Source: Azolla caroliniana (Eukaryota; Plantae; Polypodiophyta). Taken from it: 64,000 bases of DNA. The translations under genes were made by a program, and so were the position numbers. The first letter of the stretch is position 1; every line of letters begins with the position of its first letter. The stretch is from the NCBI GenBank assembly GCA_043228905.1, contig JBHGNT010000021.1, positions 496,001 through 560,000 on the forward strand, in the 5' to 3' direction. The notes beneath the pieces were generated by a model. That model was not told the origin of the DNA, ran no database searches, and saw only the letters and a program-made list of their open reading frames with translations. Of the stretch, positions 41,005 through 54,222 are shown one piece after another.

Positions 41005-44000
41005 ATGAGCAGGTATAAATGTAACCAATGTCGTAGGAAAGCAAGTTAAGAAATATACTAAATTCAAGCTCCATTCTTTCCCCACCTTTTATTTTCCCAT
41101 CTCCAACCCTTCAGTACACACATTACCTTCTTTTAGTGGCTCCAAATTCTCTGGTGCCTCAATGCCATAACCCTCCAATTTCCTTGCTTTTTTTCTTTGA
41201 TTCACACATACATAGATTAGAGCATGCACTGACACACATATTAAAGCACATGTGTACGTACACTTCATCATGCACCAAAAATGCAGTGTACCATGTGGAC
41301 AATTCCCCCTCCCCCTAGGATCAATAGAACAAAAACACGATACATGCCTTCACAAGGGAAAAATTTAGAAAGATATTCAAGTTTTCTTTATTTGACAAAA
41401 CTATGCTTAATAAAACCACATTAGCACATAAACATCTCACATTTTGAACCTTGAAATCCTTCATGGCATACATTGTGTAAAATTCCTATTTGTATAGACA
41501 ATCTCACACTCACCACCCCTAAAAATGTTATATCACCAATATTGTATGTTCATGTTTAAATTCTTAATAAGAAATATGATAATATATGCCGTTGAGCTTT
41601 ACTTTGCAGGGAATCTGGAACCGTCGCCAAGGACATCATTAACAATGAGATGGATGGATCTGATGTAGCATTGATCGAACATGATCATCATGTATTTTCC
41701 CTGTCTACAATACTTTTATGACCATTTTCCATTGTGTGCATGATTAGGTTTTCACGATTAAAGTTTGTAAGAAATACGTGTTCATCCATTTACACACTTT
41801 AATTGATATACTTTCTAAATTTAAATATATATAAACATGATCATGCAAGGATGGTGTTTTTGTAATGCTTGTGCGTTACAATTTAAGGTGTGGCACTAGT
41901 TAAGGTTCAAATGCAATGCTCATTCCCGATAATTCTTCAAAATTTATAGTTTGTGACAATGCATAAACTTCATCATAGAAGTTCTTCTTCTTATCAAGAC
42001 CATGTAATAGAACTTTTGCAAGTGTAAGCCTAATTATCGCTTTAACTTACCTTTAATGGACGCGTGGTGCATGTATTCTATCCTATTTTTCCTAGTTTTG
42101 GATCCCACTAAATCTTTCAATATGCGTCTATCATATGTCTTCTTTCCCATATTTCGAGGTACCCGTCTATTGTTAAGACATATGTTTATCGAGGACTCGA
42201 ACCAAGGCCATAACATACTTTGCCATGTGACATTGGGGAGGTCAATCTGCACATAACGTCCACAGGACATTCACATGTGTGACCGACTTGTCTCCGACAC
42301 CTCACCTTAATGTCTATCACATATTGTGTGACATGCCCAGACAAAGTTCTCAATTGCAATCCATGTCTCTCCTTCCTACCGCACAAATTTCTTTTGCCAT
42401 GCGGCACTCTCGGGGTTAATCGCGTGTCTGCATTCCATTGCGCCACGTGGCAAAAGGAATTTCCAAGTGGCCACACCTGGCACTATTGTGCCACTTGGCC
42501 TTTTATTATTATTATTTACTCTGGTCATCCAAAGCTATGGAGAAGCTCAAGAAGAATTTTGATGGGTTAGATCATGGAGAAACTGGAGAGGAATTTTCAT
42601 GGCCAAGCTATGGAGAGCCCTCAAGAGGAAATTTGACGGGTAAGATGATGAAGAAACTGGAGAAGAATTTTGATGATCATGGAAAAGATCGAAGAAGGAT
42701 GGTGATGAGTGGTAAGATGATGGGTTAGATCATGGAAAAACTCCCGAAGGGAAAACTTGATGCTTTAGATCATGAAAATGCTCAAAACGGGTTTCTGATG
42801 GGTTAGATCTTTGCGAAAGCTCGAAGAAGAATGTTGATGGGTTAGATAACAGAAATTCTCCAATGCTTTTTGAATGATACATATATGCAATTCTTCTGAT
42901 GGTATTATGTACATAATACTTTCTTCCGGATGTTTGATTTCTACAGATAACACTGGACAATGGAATTCTGCAAGTCACAATCTCTAAACCAGAGGGACAT
43001 ATAGTTGGCATTCAGTATGGAGGGCTTGACAATCTCCTCGAGGCATCAAACAAAGAGAAAAACAGAGGGTGAGAGTAATCTAATGAAAAATATCATTATG
43101 CTTCCACCATTTCCCTAGAGAGAAAGAAGGAAATAAAGAAAAAGGAAATATTATTTCAAAGATTTTATCTGTAACTATTTCATGATGGAATCAGGTATTG
43201 GGATCTTGACTGGAACATCCCTGGAGGACACGATCGATATGACACGTGAGTTGAAAATAGATTTTCTTTTATGCATTTTGTTTGTGGAACTAGGTGAATG
43301 ACATGGGCACAATTCCTTCACATTGGAGAGAAATGATTTGCAGTGTTGAGGGAACTCAATATCACATTGTGGAACAAACACCAGATAAAGTGGAGGTTTC
43401 TTTTGTGAGGAATTACAATGCGAGCACAGACATGGTGCCATTGAGCATTGACAAAAGGTACTAAAGAAATTGCCCCAACGTAAGATCTTGCTGTGTTGCT
43501 ATGTGTCATTAAAGACAAAAAATATATTCTTGTAGCAACTTAGTTGTTAATTCCAATAGCTCTATTTTACTTGCAGGGTTCTTCTTCTTCGTGGCAACCA
43601 TGGTTTTTATAACTATGCCATATATGATCGCTTGTCTGGATGGGAAGACTTTGATCTTAATCAGACACGCATTGCATTTAAGCTTCGCAAAGACAGGTGC
43701 ATACAATCTTTCTTTCTATCTTTTTAATGCATTTAAGACTTAAAACTTAGATGAATTATATGCAATTTTCACTTTAAAATATGGGTTAGACTAAATGAAC
43801 TTCGTGTTCATTTTATATACATAATATTTGTGTTGTGATAAAGACTTCCATAATTTATATAGAACCATAGATGGATAAGAGAGTGAAGTTCTGATTTTTT
43901 TATATTATATGAGAGCATGCTGAAAGTTGTGGGTATTGATATTCCATTATGTAATGAAACAGCCCATATCGAAGATGTGGTTACCTGTCAATAACCTTAA

Positions 44001-47000
44001 TATACTTCTATATGAAATTTAACCTCTGCAGAAGTTATGGTTCATTTATAGAAGGATAAACAAGCTTTAAAATCCTCTTTCTTGTGTTTGCTTCTAGATT
44101 CCGTTATATGGCAATAGCAGATAACAAGCAAAGGATCATGCCATTTCCAGAAGATAGACAACCACGTAACTCCCAGGAACTTGCTTATCCTGAAGCCGTT
44201 ATTCTTACACACCCAAAGGATCCAGCATTACAAGGAGAGGTTGGTAATGGAAGGCTTGATGGTTATATGGGAGATCTTTGTAGACAATTCACTCTTCTCC
44301 TATAGTGAATGCCATGAAGGATAGATACCTGGTTACCTTGTGATCTGGTGTCTTTTTTAAGGATGCATCTGAAAAATAAATGCACATCAAATTATTGTAC
44401 CACAAGGACAGATGTTCTTTCGATGAAATGGAGATCATAGTATGTAATTCTCTTGCTCAATAGATTGATGCTTGATTGATTTCCAGGTTGATGATAAATA
44501 TCAATACTCCTGTGATAATTGGGAGAATAAAGTGCATGGGTGGATCAGCTTTGACCCGATGATAGGTTTTTGGATCATTTTCCCAAGCAATGAATTTCGT
44601 AATGGGGGCATTGTAAAACAAAATTTGACGTCCCATGTTGGTCCAACCAGCTTAGCTGTAAGTGAACACTGTTTCATTAAACGTGATTTTTCCATAGTTA
44701 CTACATGCCAACAAACAGTTTTTTTAAGGAGTCTCTGACAACATCATGATGCAATTCTGTGTTGTTCATGACCACGATATTTTTCCTCAATAACTATCTA
44801 TATAAGCGGAAAACTTTATTTTAAGCATTGATTGTCCTAAGTCTTATTTGTCTTGAATGACCATGGGACTTAACTGTTAGATAGAAAACCGATCAGCCAA
44901 AGCACCAAAAGTCTGAAGCACACTACGTAACATCTTCATTAAATAACTTCAACTTCTCCATTTCGAGTTAAAACCATATGTTCATCATTCTATCTGGAAA
45001 TATCCTGTATCCTTGATTTATTCATCTTTTTATATTGCAGTTCCAGATTATAAACAAGATGAATCATAAAAATTATGACCCATCATATGGGTAATTTCTC
45101 TCAAGTAGTCAAATGGAAACACTGTTAACTTTATGTTATTCTTTTACATTACGATGATATTATAATCAAATGGAGCTGAAGCCTGAAAAGAAGTCGAGCA
45201 AATCATTGCCAATCAATGGGAACTTACTATGGAGTATCTGAGCGATCCATAATCTTACAAGAACTTAGTAGTCAACTCTTAAAGATACCATTTCCTAGCA
45301 AAAGAGCTAACAGGCCATTATATAATCTGAATCTCTTATTATTCATGGTTTCTTATTTGCAGATGTTCCACAGCGCTCATTATGCAGGCCAACCACTTTG
45401 TGCAAAGTTTAGGAATGGTGAGCCTTGGAAAAAAATATTTGGACCAGTTCTTGTATATCTGAACTCTGCAGCAATTGCTACCACTGAAACTCTATGGAAG
45501 GATGCAAAAGATCAGGTAATGTAGGGAGGATTTGCATATGTTGATGACTTTATAGAATTTATAATAATGTTTTTTAAAACTCTGACTTCTTGGTATTTTT
45601 GTATACTTCTGTTCCCTATGGTGTTACTATAAATTTGGGATTCATGTGATGGACCAGTAACCTACAAGTTACAACTATGTACTGGTTCTATTTATGATGG
45701 GAAATAAAAGAGAGGGGTGTCAACGGCATTGGATTTTTATGTTGTGCATGTCTTTGCTATAATCATGTTATGTGTGTTTTTGCTATGATCACATTATCCG
45801 TCCATGCTTTATTAATATTGGATGGTAACGGGAAATTTGCCAGACATGTGATGTATTTTCCTAAATTAACCATTTATAAGATCTCAATATCAGAGAAAAC
45901 TGAAGTGTATGGATAATGTTTGCTATTAATTATGTAGGAAAACAGTTATTAATTCTAGATAATTTTTAGCTGATGCACTCTGTGCTGTACTGAATGTCCT
46001 TTAATATTGCCTCATGCAGATGATCTATGAAGTTCAGTCATGGCCTTACAACTGGCCAAACTCTGAAGATTACTTGAAACCAGATGAAAGGGGAGCGATA
46101 AGTGGAAGACTGTTTGTGAATGACCGGTTAGTTCAGTACCAACTTCTTTAACTTTCCGTAGTGCCTTTTTGAAAAATACATATGTAGGTCAAGGAAGAAA
46201 CTGAAAATGCATAGTTTTGCAGTACTGTTTCATTTTCAAGATCTTGATAATAGATACTGTGTGTGTGTTGATTATAGCTACAATGATCGAGTGTGCATAA
46301 ATTGAACACAACATTCAGGGTTGATTTGCAATGTAGTATTTTAAAATTTCCCTTTTAGCATCTTCCCACTTTTTCCTTAGTGTTTCCATTAAACTTTCCT
46401 GAAATAACTACATATTGCATCGCATCACTTGAAAGGTCTACGAGATCTTCTACACTGCATCTTTTGAACCATTTTTTGATGTCAACTACCAAACCAGATG
46501 ACAGAATTTTGCTCCCTCCAACATTTCAAGCAGGATGTGGTATTCTATTATTTGGCACATTCTTGGCGTTTGTAATGTATCTATATATTCTCTATGGGTC
46601 GAACACCTGTTTCCAAGAGTAGAACTTGGTAGGAAGTTGAGGATTTGACTTAATAATGAGGAATAAATGTCATGGGGGTTGGATTTTTACCCTGATATTT
46701 TTTGTAGAGACCACTAATAATGCTCTTGTTATTGCCGAAAAACCAAGGGCACTGACAACTTGAAATATAGCCAGTTGGGAAAGAGAATAACATAAATTCA
46801 ACCGTCTGTCCTTTGCGATATGACATGCTTATTTTGGCTCAAATATTTGAATGACATAAATTTCTCTGTCTATATTCTGATTATTAAAATAGCTGATATC
46901 ATACAAAGAACCAATAACAACGGCGTTGCTAATGGGAAAACATATTTTTTCATCATACTCTTCCGAGGAGTGGAATGAATCTTGTGACAATTATTCTTTA

Positions 47001-50000
47001 GAAAGGAAGCATATGTTCTTGTTAAGAGTTTCCTCTTGTTTTATTTGAAAAAAGGTTTGGGAATATCAATTTTGAGTTTAGGTTGCAATGTTTGAAGTTC
47101 TTAATAGATGCTGAAAAGATATTATGTTGTATGACATAAGAGGCCATCATGTGCAATATCTCTTTCTTTAGTACCTTATAGATATGAATACAATGGCGAA
47201 AGAATAGATGCTCATATTTTTTGATACAGTCAAATAAAAGGGGTTGTATAGGACGTCTTCCTAGTGTATGTTCTTGTTAAGATTTTCCTACTGTTTTATT
47301 TGAAAAAAAGGTTTGGAAATATCAATTGTGAGGTTAGGCTGTAATGTTTTAACTTCTTAATAGATGCGGAAAATATATTATGTTGTATGCCATAAGAGGC
47401 CATCATGTACAATATCTCTCCCCTTTTTGTACCTTATAGATATGAAATACAATGGCTAATGAATAGACGTTCATCCTTCTAGATACAGTCAAATAAAAAG
47501 GGACTGTATAGGACGATTTCCTAGTATTCGTGAAGGTACTTGCACTTTGTGGGATATCTCATGGATATGACGCTTCCTGCAAATGTTTTGTGGAGAAAGG
47601 TAAAAGAAATAGTAAAATTGACCTGTGTACATATTTATCTGCTTTGGAGTTTATGTGTGGGAATTGATGTGCATTAGCATTATAATTGAAATAGAAAGAT
47701 GAATTTTATTTAGTTGATGCCAATTTCCGATTATGGTGGTAGTGAAGTTCTAGTCAGTGCAATTTGTATTTATATCAAATTATTATTTTTCAGTAATACT
47801 CCTTTTTTTACATATGACTTCAGGTTTTCATTGCCACCAATCAGACTTGCTGCGTCAGCTTTTCTTGGGCTAGCGTTACCTGGAGAAAAGGGATCTTGGC
47901 AAACAGAAAGCAAGGTAAGTAAAAATTGAAACTCTAATTATATATTATAATTTAAGAGCTGCATTTTAAAAGAGGATTGTTGAAAAATATAATTTTGTCT
48001 TTTTGCTGTAATCCATGCTCTCTAGGGCTATCAGTTTTGGACGCAAGCTGATGATGATGGATACTTTACAATTCCTAATGTTCGCCCTGGAGACTATGAA
48101 CTTTATGGTTGGGTGCCAGGGGTGTTTGGTGATTACAAGAGGGAAGGAGTCATTACAATTCAAGCAGGTAAGCTTGGTGTTTCGTGAGAAAAAAATTAGG
48201 TGGAGGAAAAAGACTTAGTTTTAGATATATCAACCCAGCTACATGATCAGAGAACTGTTAGACATAAGAATAGCTTGAGATGTTAAAACAGATCAAAACC
48301 ACAGGATGGATGTTTGGAGATGTTATTTCATAAAATAGTCCTCTACGTGTAGGCTTTTGTTTTTTAAATCTGTATGTAGACATTTCTAGGACATTAAATC
48401 TATAGTTACAGTTCCCTAATTGGATGCTCTGTAATGATATTCTCAGGTTCATCCATTGACCTTGATGAATTATTGATCTTTGAAGCACCAAGAGATGGTA
48501 AAACGGTGTGGGAGATAGGCATACCCAATCGAAGTGCTTCTGAGTTCTTCATCCCAGATCCAGATCCCAAATATGTTAACAGGCTGTTTCTTGATCACCC
48601 GGAAAGGTAATTTGATCAATTCTAGTGTCCGCACTTGCACTTTTTGTTGATTAAATGCTTAAATCTTTACTGATGTGCAGTTAATGTCTAGGACAGAAAT
48701 ATTTGACTTTTAATTGGGCAATAGAATGCACATTCTTTTCTAATTGTAATATGTGCGGTATTTAAATACTCAATATACTACACGCTTCTCCATTAATCCA
48801 TCCAAAGTTTCACATCAGTTGAAAATGATATCGTTAGTATATTTCTCATGTATATCATTGTCCTTGTAAGATGTGATTATCAGGTATCGTCAATATGGAC
48901 TTTGGCTTCGGTATTCTGAAATTTATCCTGACAAAGATCTTGTTTACACTGTTGGAGTCAGTGATTGGACTAAAGACTGGTTCTTTGCCCATGTTGGAAG
49001 GTTCTCTTTCTCATTCGATAAATCTCCTTTCAGATCTAACTTTTATGGAACGTATGCACAAATATTCAAGTATACTTAATGTACCATTTATCTATGGTAA
49101 GGCAAGTATGCTTTTTAAGTGTCTTCAGTTGTATCTGGACAGGGTGAAAGAAGATGGCTCTTTAGAGCCTACAACATGGCAAGTTCATTTCCAACTCGAT
49201 AGTGTCACTCAGTCTGGAGTCTACAAGCTCAGACTAGCTTTTGCATCTGCAAATTTTGCAGTTATTGAGGTATCAGTTTTCCATCCTATCCTACCATTTA
49301 AGTCTGATTGCTCAAATTTTATAAATCTTCAACGCTGCATTTGCACTGCTTAAAATTTCAAATGTTAGATAGACAGTTATAGAGTACCCACTCATCAAAT
49401 ATGAATTCTCTGCTTCTTCTTTTTGTTAATTTCCCTTTTCTTAGATAGAAGTGTTTGAACCACATGGTGATTCTAATGGAATTTAGATTCAGTTATACAT
49501 AAGCTCTGGTCGTTTTAGAGGGCAAAACCGCAACATGTCTTCCAGCTTCAAGTAAAATACAAATAAAACCATGTCGCAAGATGAATTGAATTAACAATTA
49601 TACTCTTTCTTGACAATGTCAATCATAAAAATTCCTCCTCATTCCTTTGGGAAGGCTCAGTTTTTGCAAGCCTGTTCTACATGAAAGCAAACAAATCTAC
49701 TTTTTGACTGAACGACCGAATTATTTGGCAGCGTAACTCATCTTCTTTTTATGGATGTCAATAGCATTGGTTAACTCTTTTCTCATGTACTGACATAGAG
49801 GATATCAAACCAGTTGCATATAAAAGATTTAACTTCTTGTTACAAAACATAAAAGAGTGTATATCTATGAGATGAAAATATCCTTGTGAACTCTTGTCTG
49901 CCTATTATATCGTATGTCTACCATGCAATAGTGACTGTATTTTAATTTGCTTTGTAATGCAGGTGAGGTTCAACAATCCAAATGTTAATGTGCCACATTT

Positions 50001-50214
50001 TGATACCGGTCGATTTGGGATGGAGAATGCAATTGCAAGACACGGGATTCATGGATTGTATCATTCGTTCGATATTGATGTTGCCCCTGAGTGGTTGCAT
50101 GAGGGACAAAACGTTATGTACCTCAAACAGAGGAATGTTCCAAATATTTTTGTCGGGGTTATGTATGATTACTTGCGGATGGAAGAACCAGCCGCTCTTG
50201 GCAATGGTGAATGA
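41005..50214 (+). CDS. Rhamnogalacturonan lyase family protein (polysaccharide lyase family 4), about 16 coding exons
   Basis: Exons encode LDNGILQVTISKPEG, NRGYWDL, RFRYMAIADNKQR, VDDKYQYS, NEFRNGG..KQNLTSHVGPT, MFHSAHYAG, GEPWKKIFGPV, GSWQTESKGYQFWT, WEIGIPNRSA, YRQYGLW, NAIARHGIHGLY and VMYDYLRME. The start at 41005 assumes an 8-nt first coding exon (ATGAGCAG|gt); an alternative ATG is at 41650. Confidence 0.93.
47010..47525. repeat. Two-copy intronic tandem duplication, about 256 bp
   Basis: TATGTTCTTGTTAAGA.TTTCCT...GATACAGTCAAATAAAA.GG...GTATAGGACG...TCCTAGT occurs twice. Confidence 0.85.
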
Positions 50215-51490
50215 TGCATATGAAGGAAATTATAATAAGGGTGATAATTCTCATCAAATCTTTCAATAACTTGGAACCATTTAACCAAACATATCAAAAC
50301 TATTTCTCTATTTCCTCGAACTTGCTTTCTTATGAAGGAAAGAAATTATGTCGCTTTTAGATTAAGGTTGATAATTCACCTCAAACCTTTTGATGCTTGG
50401 AATCATCTAAGCAAACACATAAAGGCTATTTCTCAATTTCCTTTAACTTGCTTTCTTATGAGGGTTCATTTCAAAAATGCATCACCACAAAACCATGATC
50501 TATTTCATTAGGCTCAAATATGTCACACTAATATCTTCACATATATATGAGCAAATACAAGTATATAACATGTTGATGCCTGCAATGTGGAACATACTTT
50601 ATTTCCACACCTCCCATATTACACAAAATTTATATTGACTCAGCAAGGCTCAACTTATCGCATGACAGCCACTATCATGTCACCGAAAGAAGTATTAAGC
50701 ATTCTCAATTGACATCCAGCACATGTCTATTCTAAAAACACACAGCTGGATTTTGAGCTCCTGCCTAAGATATATATGACATGGCTGCAAACAGTTTTTT
50801 CTATTAACAGAAAATAAACCTTTAATATCTATCTCATTGCACATGACACCTAATGTAGGTTCCACAAAACAAATCTTAGCATTTACAGCAACAGATACCA
50901 GGAAATGTGTTATCACTACTTATCAAAGGCTGAGCACATCAAATCATACACTGAGTAGTGGATTACACAGACATTCAACCGAAGCTACATTAAAGCTTTT
51001 GCTAAGTCATTGCCAACCTAGTATAACATGGTTACCTTCATGTGAAATAGAGAGATTACTATCATATCAGGGGCATAATGGTAGTAATCTCCATTTCACA
51101 TGAAGCTTTCTAAGTCATTGCCAACCTAGTACAAGATGGTTTACCTTCATGTGAAATAGAGATTACTACCATACCAGGGGCATAATGATAGTAATCGGTA
51201 TGTCAATTTGCAATCACTATATAAGCTTGCTTTGCTAATGTTGCAATGAAATACAGACTGCATTTACTTCATTATAAATATTGCAAAAAGAAATGTATTT
51301 CTGAGAAATGTATTGAAGTTTTGGCACTATCACAATTTCAGGAACCACCAAGTCATCTACTTCTCAGATGGTACGTACCATGCCTCTAAAGTAAGATTCA
51401 AGAAAAGCTAGAAAACCCAAATAGCATTTTTAGAGTACATGAACTACTAGCACTTCCAGTTCAGAATACTGAATGATTCATTATCTTCCA

Positions 51491-52932
51491 TCAATCTTGC
51501 CTCCTGCCAGATGCACTACCGCTGCCATATTTACCGCCAGATTCACGATCATAGGGACCCGATCGATCTCTATAAGCACCGCTGCCGCCACCGCCTTCAT
51601 TACGAGAGGGTCCACCACTACTATATCGATCACGACCCCCACCATTCTCACGGCCAGATCTACCATAACGATCACCACTAGAACGATCACTACCATATCT
51701 GCTTCCACCACCACTTCCTCCGTACCGATCACTTTTACCATCACGATCTCTATCTCCACCTTTACTATAGCCACCATCACGGCGACCACCACCACCACTT
51801 GAACAATCTCGAGCCCAATGGCCAGATTGACCACATTTGAAACAACCGTCACCGCCACTAGCTCCTCCCGAACTTCTGCCCCCACCACCCCCACCCCCAC
51901 CACTGCCCCTTCCTGAAGCCTTGTCAACAGTAATTGGTCTGCCATCCAGCTTCATGCCGTGCATCTGTTCTATCGCCTCCTGCATCTCCCGCTCTTCACG
52001 GAACGTTACAAACCCAAAACCTTTTGAGCGACCTGTATCTCTATTCACAACTACCTGCATCATGAATGAAAATACTAGAAACGTGAATATTTGTTGATAG
52101 TGACTTAGCTAAGTAAGCCAAGGAGTACATAACCTAAACTTAAATAAGGTAAAAGAAATATAAACTATACTCCATCCAATATTATCAAAACACTAGAAAT
52201 ATAAATGTATTGTTTGAGAGTTGTGTTGCAAGTACAACAAGGTACAATACATAAACATGAGGTCAAAAGCAATATAACCTAGACTCCCATCCAATCCATG
52301 CAAAAAGTTCCTATGCTAGCAAGATGGAGAATAGAAATTAATGATCCAAAACCATACACAAAGTAAAAACAGCATTGAACCTTTAACTCCTCATCTACTC
52401 TGTGGACATAAATGCTTAGCTCCTGTGCTAATTACCATGAGGACTACTACCAATTATCCAAATATAAACCTAGAAAGTCAAACCATGTTTCCACCCAATC
52501 CATTCATATCACTGCTTTGCAAATTATATGTACAGATGCAAAACTTCGAATTTTTGAAGCCTAGTTTAGTGGACATTCTGATTCAAACTACGATCTTTAC
52601 AAGATTGAAATATGGTAAAGAAACAAAGCTTTCTACACTTCGACATCACTCCGCAAGGCTATAACCCTAAAAATCTCCCACTGCACATCACTCCAGCGAT
52701 TTATAAACCTATACATCTCCTCCTCCACTAAGACAAAAAAGGAACTACCTTTGTAAATAAAGGACCGCTAATCAGAGAACCACATATCCAAAAAGAACCA
52801 TCATGACCGACTGTCAAGAACCTTTGCTTCGAGAATGTTGCCATAAGGTCGGAACGCATCCTCAAGCTCCCTATCAGTAGTTTCCCATGAGAGGCCTCCA
52901 ATAAAGCACCGATGCTCTGTCTCTAAAGCCAT
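51491..52932 (-). CDS. RZ1: RZ-1 family glycine-rich RNA-binding protein (RRM + CCHC zinc knuckle + R/D/G-rich tail), coding exons 52822-52932 and 51491-52054, 224 aa
   Basis: RNP2 CFIGGL, RNP1 KGFGFVTF, knuckle CFKCGQSGHWARDC and the terminal YRDRSGPYDR motif. Phase-0 GT-AG intron. Probable 5' UTR intron at about 52953-54080. Confidence 0.93.
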
Positions 52933-53767
52933 TTATGTATAGTTTATTTTTCCTGCATAATTCAAAAGCATTTACAAGTTATGGTACACCAAAAATTATT
53001 TGGAACAAGGCATATATTCTGGACAACGAAATCATACAACCAAAATTGGGATTAACTAATCTCGAAGATGATTAAGAACGGTGAAACTAAAGCTAGTTTT
53101 CTCAAATCGATTATGCAACAAAGAGATGATATGCTTAAACTACTTCAAAGATTATGGACCAAGTCATAAGGTTAACCATTCTAAGCTTACTAACATATAT
53201 TTGACAACATATGAGAAGACTAAATAACAAAAACAGAAAACGGAAGGGAAAACAGGGACTTTTGTTTGCTTTGTCACTGAAGGCAACAAGAACAGGAAAA
53301 CATATAAAGAACAAAAGAACATATGCAACGACAGGTCTAAGATTCTACTCGGCAAATAGTTAAAGATATCTTCCATTAATATAAAGGGTTCCTAATATTG
53401 AAAACAGCAAAGGTGTAAATTTTAAAGATTTAGAGTCCCAGTAATTGATCCTCCTGAGACTAAGAGTTCATATTGTGTCGATTGAAGAACTAGAGTCAGT
53501 TACGGTTAATACTTAGGATCCGTTCCTGCTAATATTTAGAGTTTCGTAAAGCACCAGAACCGGAAAAGGCTGCAGCAAGACCCGGTTTAAGAGTTTTACC
53601 GTTAAATTGAAGATTGAGAGTTTCAGAGAAACGGGTTCAACAAATCAGGATTGAACCTAAAGAGGGCAGAATAAAATAGTTACAGCTTGTTACCGTTAAA
53701 GATTTCCGACGCCCTCGAAACAGAAGCAAAGAAAAGGAGAAACGAACCCAGAAAGGCCAGAAGAACA

Positions 53768-54018
53768 GATGTAGAGCCTGTTCACATGAATGATTTAGGG
53801 CTTGTGACTGTAACAAGATTTAGGGATTGTCCCTGTTAAAAATTTAGGTATTGACGGTGTTGAAGATTTAGGACTTGTCTGTGTCGAAGGTTTAGGAGGA
53901 CGGCAAGCAGCAGATTTAAGGTTCGTTACGGACAAATATTTAGGATTTGCGAGTGCTCAAGATTTAAGGTTTGTAGCTGATATATCTTTAAGGGCGTGTC
54001 CCTGATAAACGGTAAAGG
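53768..54018. repeat. Phased 24-bp array with a conserved TTTA(G/A)G core and divergent spacers in the RZ-1 leader intron
   Basis: Core TTT starts at 53794, 53819, 53843, 53867, 53891, 53915, 53939, 53963 and 53987. Confidence 0.8.
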
Positions 54019-54215
54019 GAGTTCATTTTGCTGTCGACAAAAATTAGGGTTTCCCGAGGAAAGGAAGAGAGCGCACATACCTGAGCCAAGGTTTCCGCAG
54101 AGGGGGGATGGGGATGGGGATGGGGAAGAGAGAAAAAGGTAGGTTGCCAAGAAGATATTCGTAGGCTGCAGAATTAGGTCGTCTGCGTCTCTCTGTGTCT
54201 GTCTCTGTTCTGCGT

Positions 54216-54222
54216 TTTTATA
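54216..54222 (-). promoter_or_regulatory. Candidate TATA box of the RZ-1 gene
   Basis: TATAAAA on the minus strand, about 135 bp upstream of the CAG|gtatgt leader donor at 54081/54080. Confidence 0.5.

Noticed and set aside
51473-51945. Thr/Ile-rich (+) and Val-rich (-) overlapping ORFs
   Set aside because: Alternative frames of the GGT/GAT/CGT-rich RZ-1 tail
53768-54018. CRISPR-like look (constant core with variable spacers)
   Set aside because: The core is only about 6-8 bp, there are no cas genes, and the context is a plant intron
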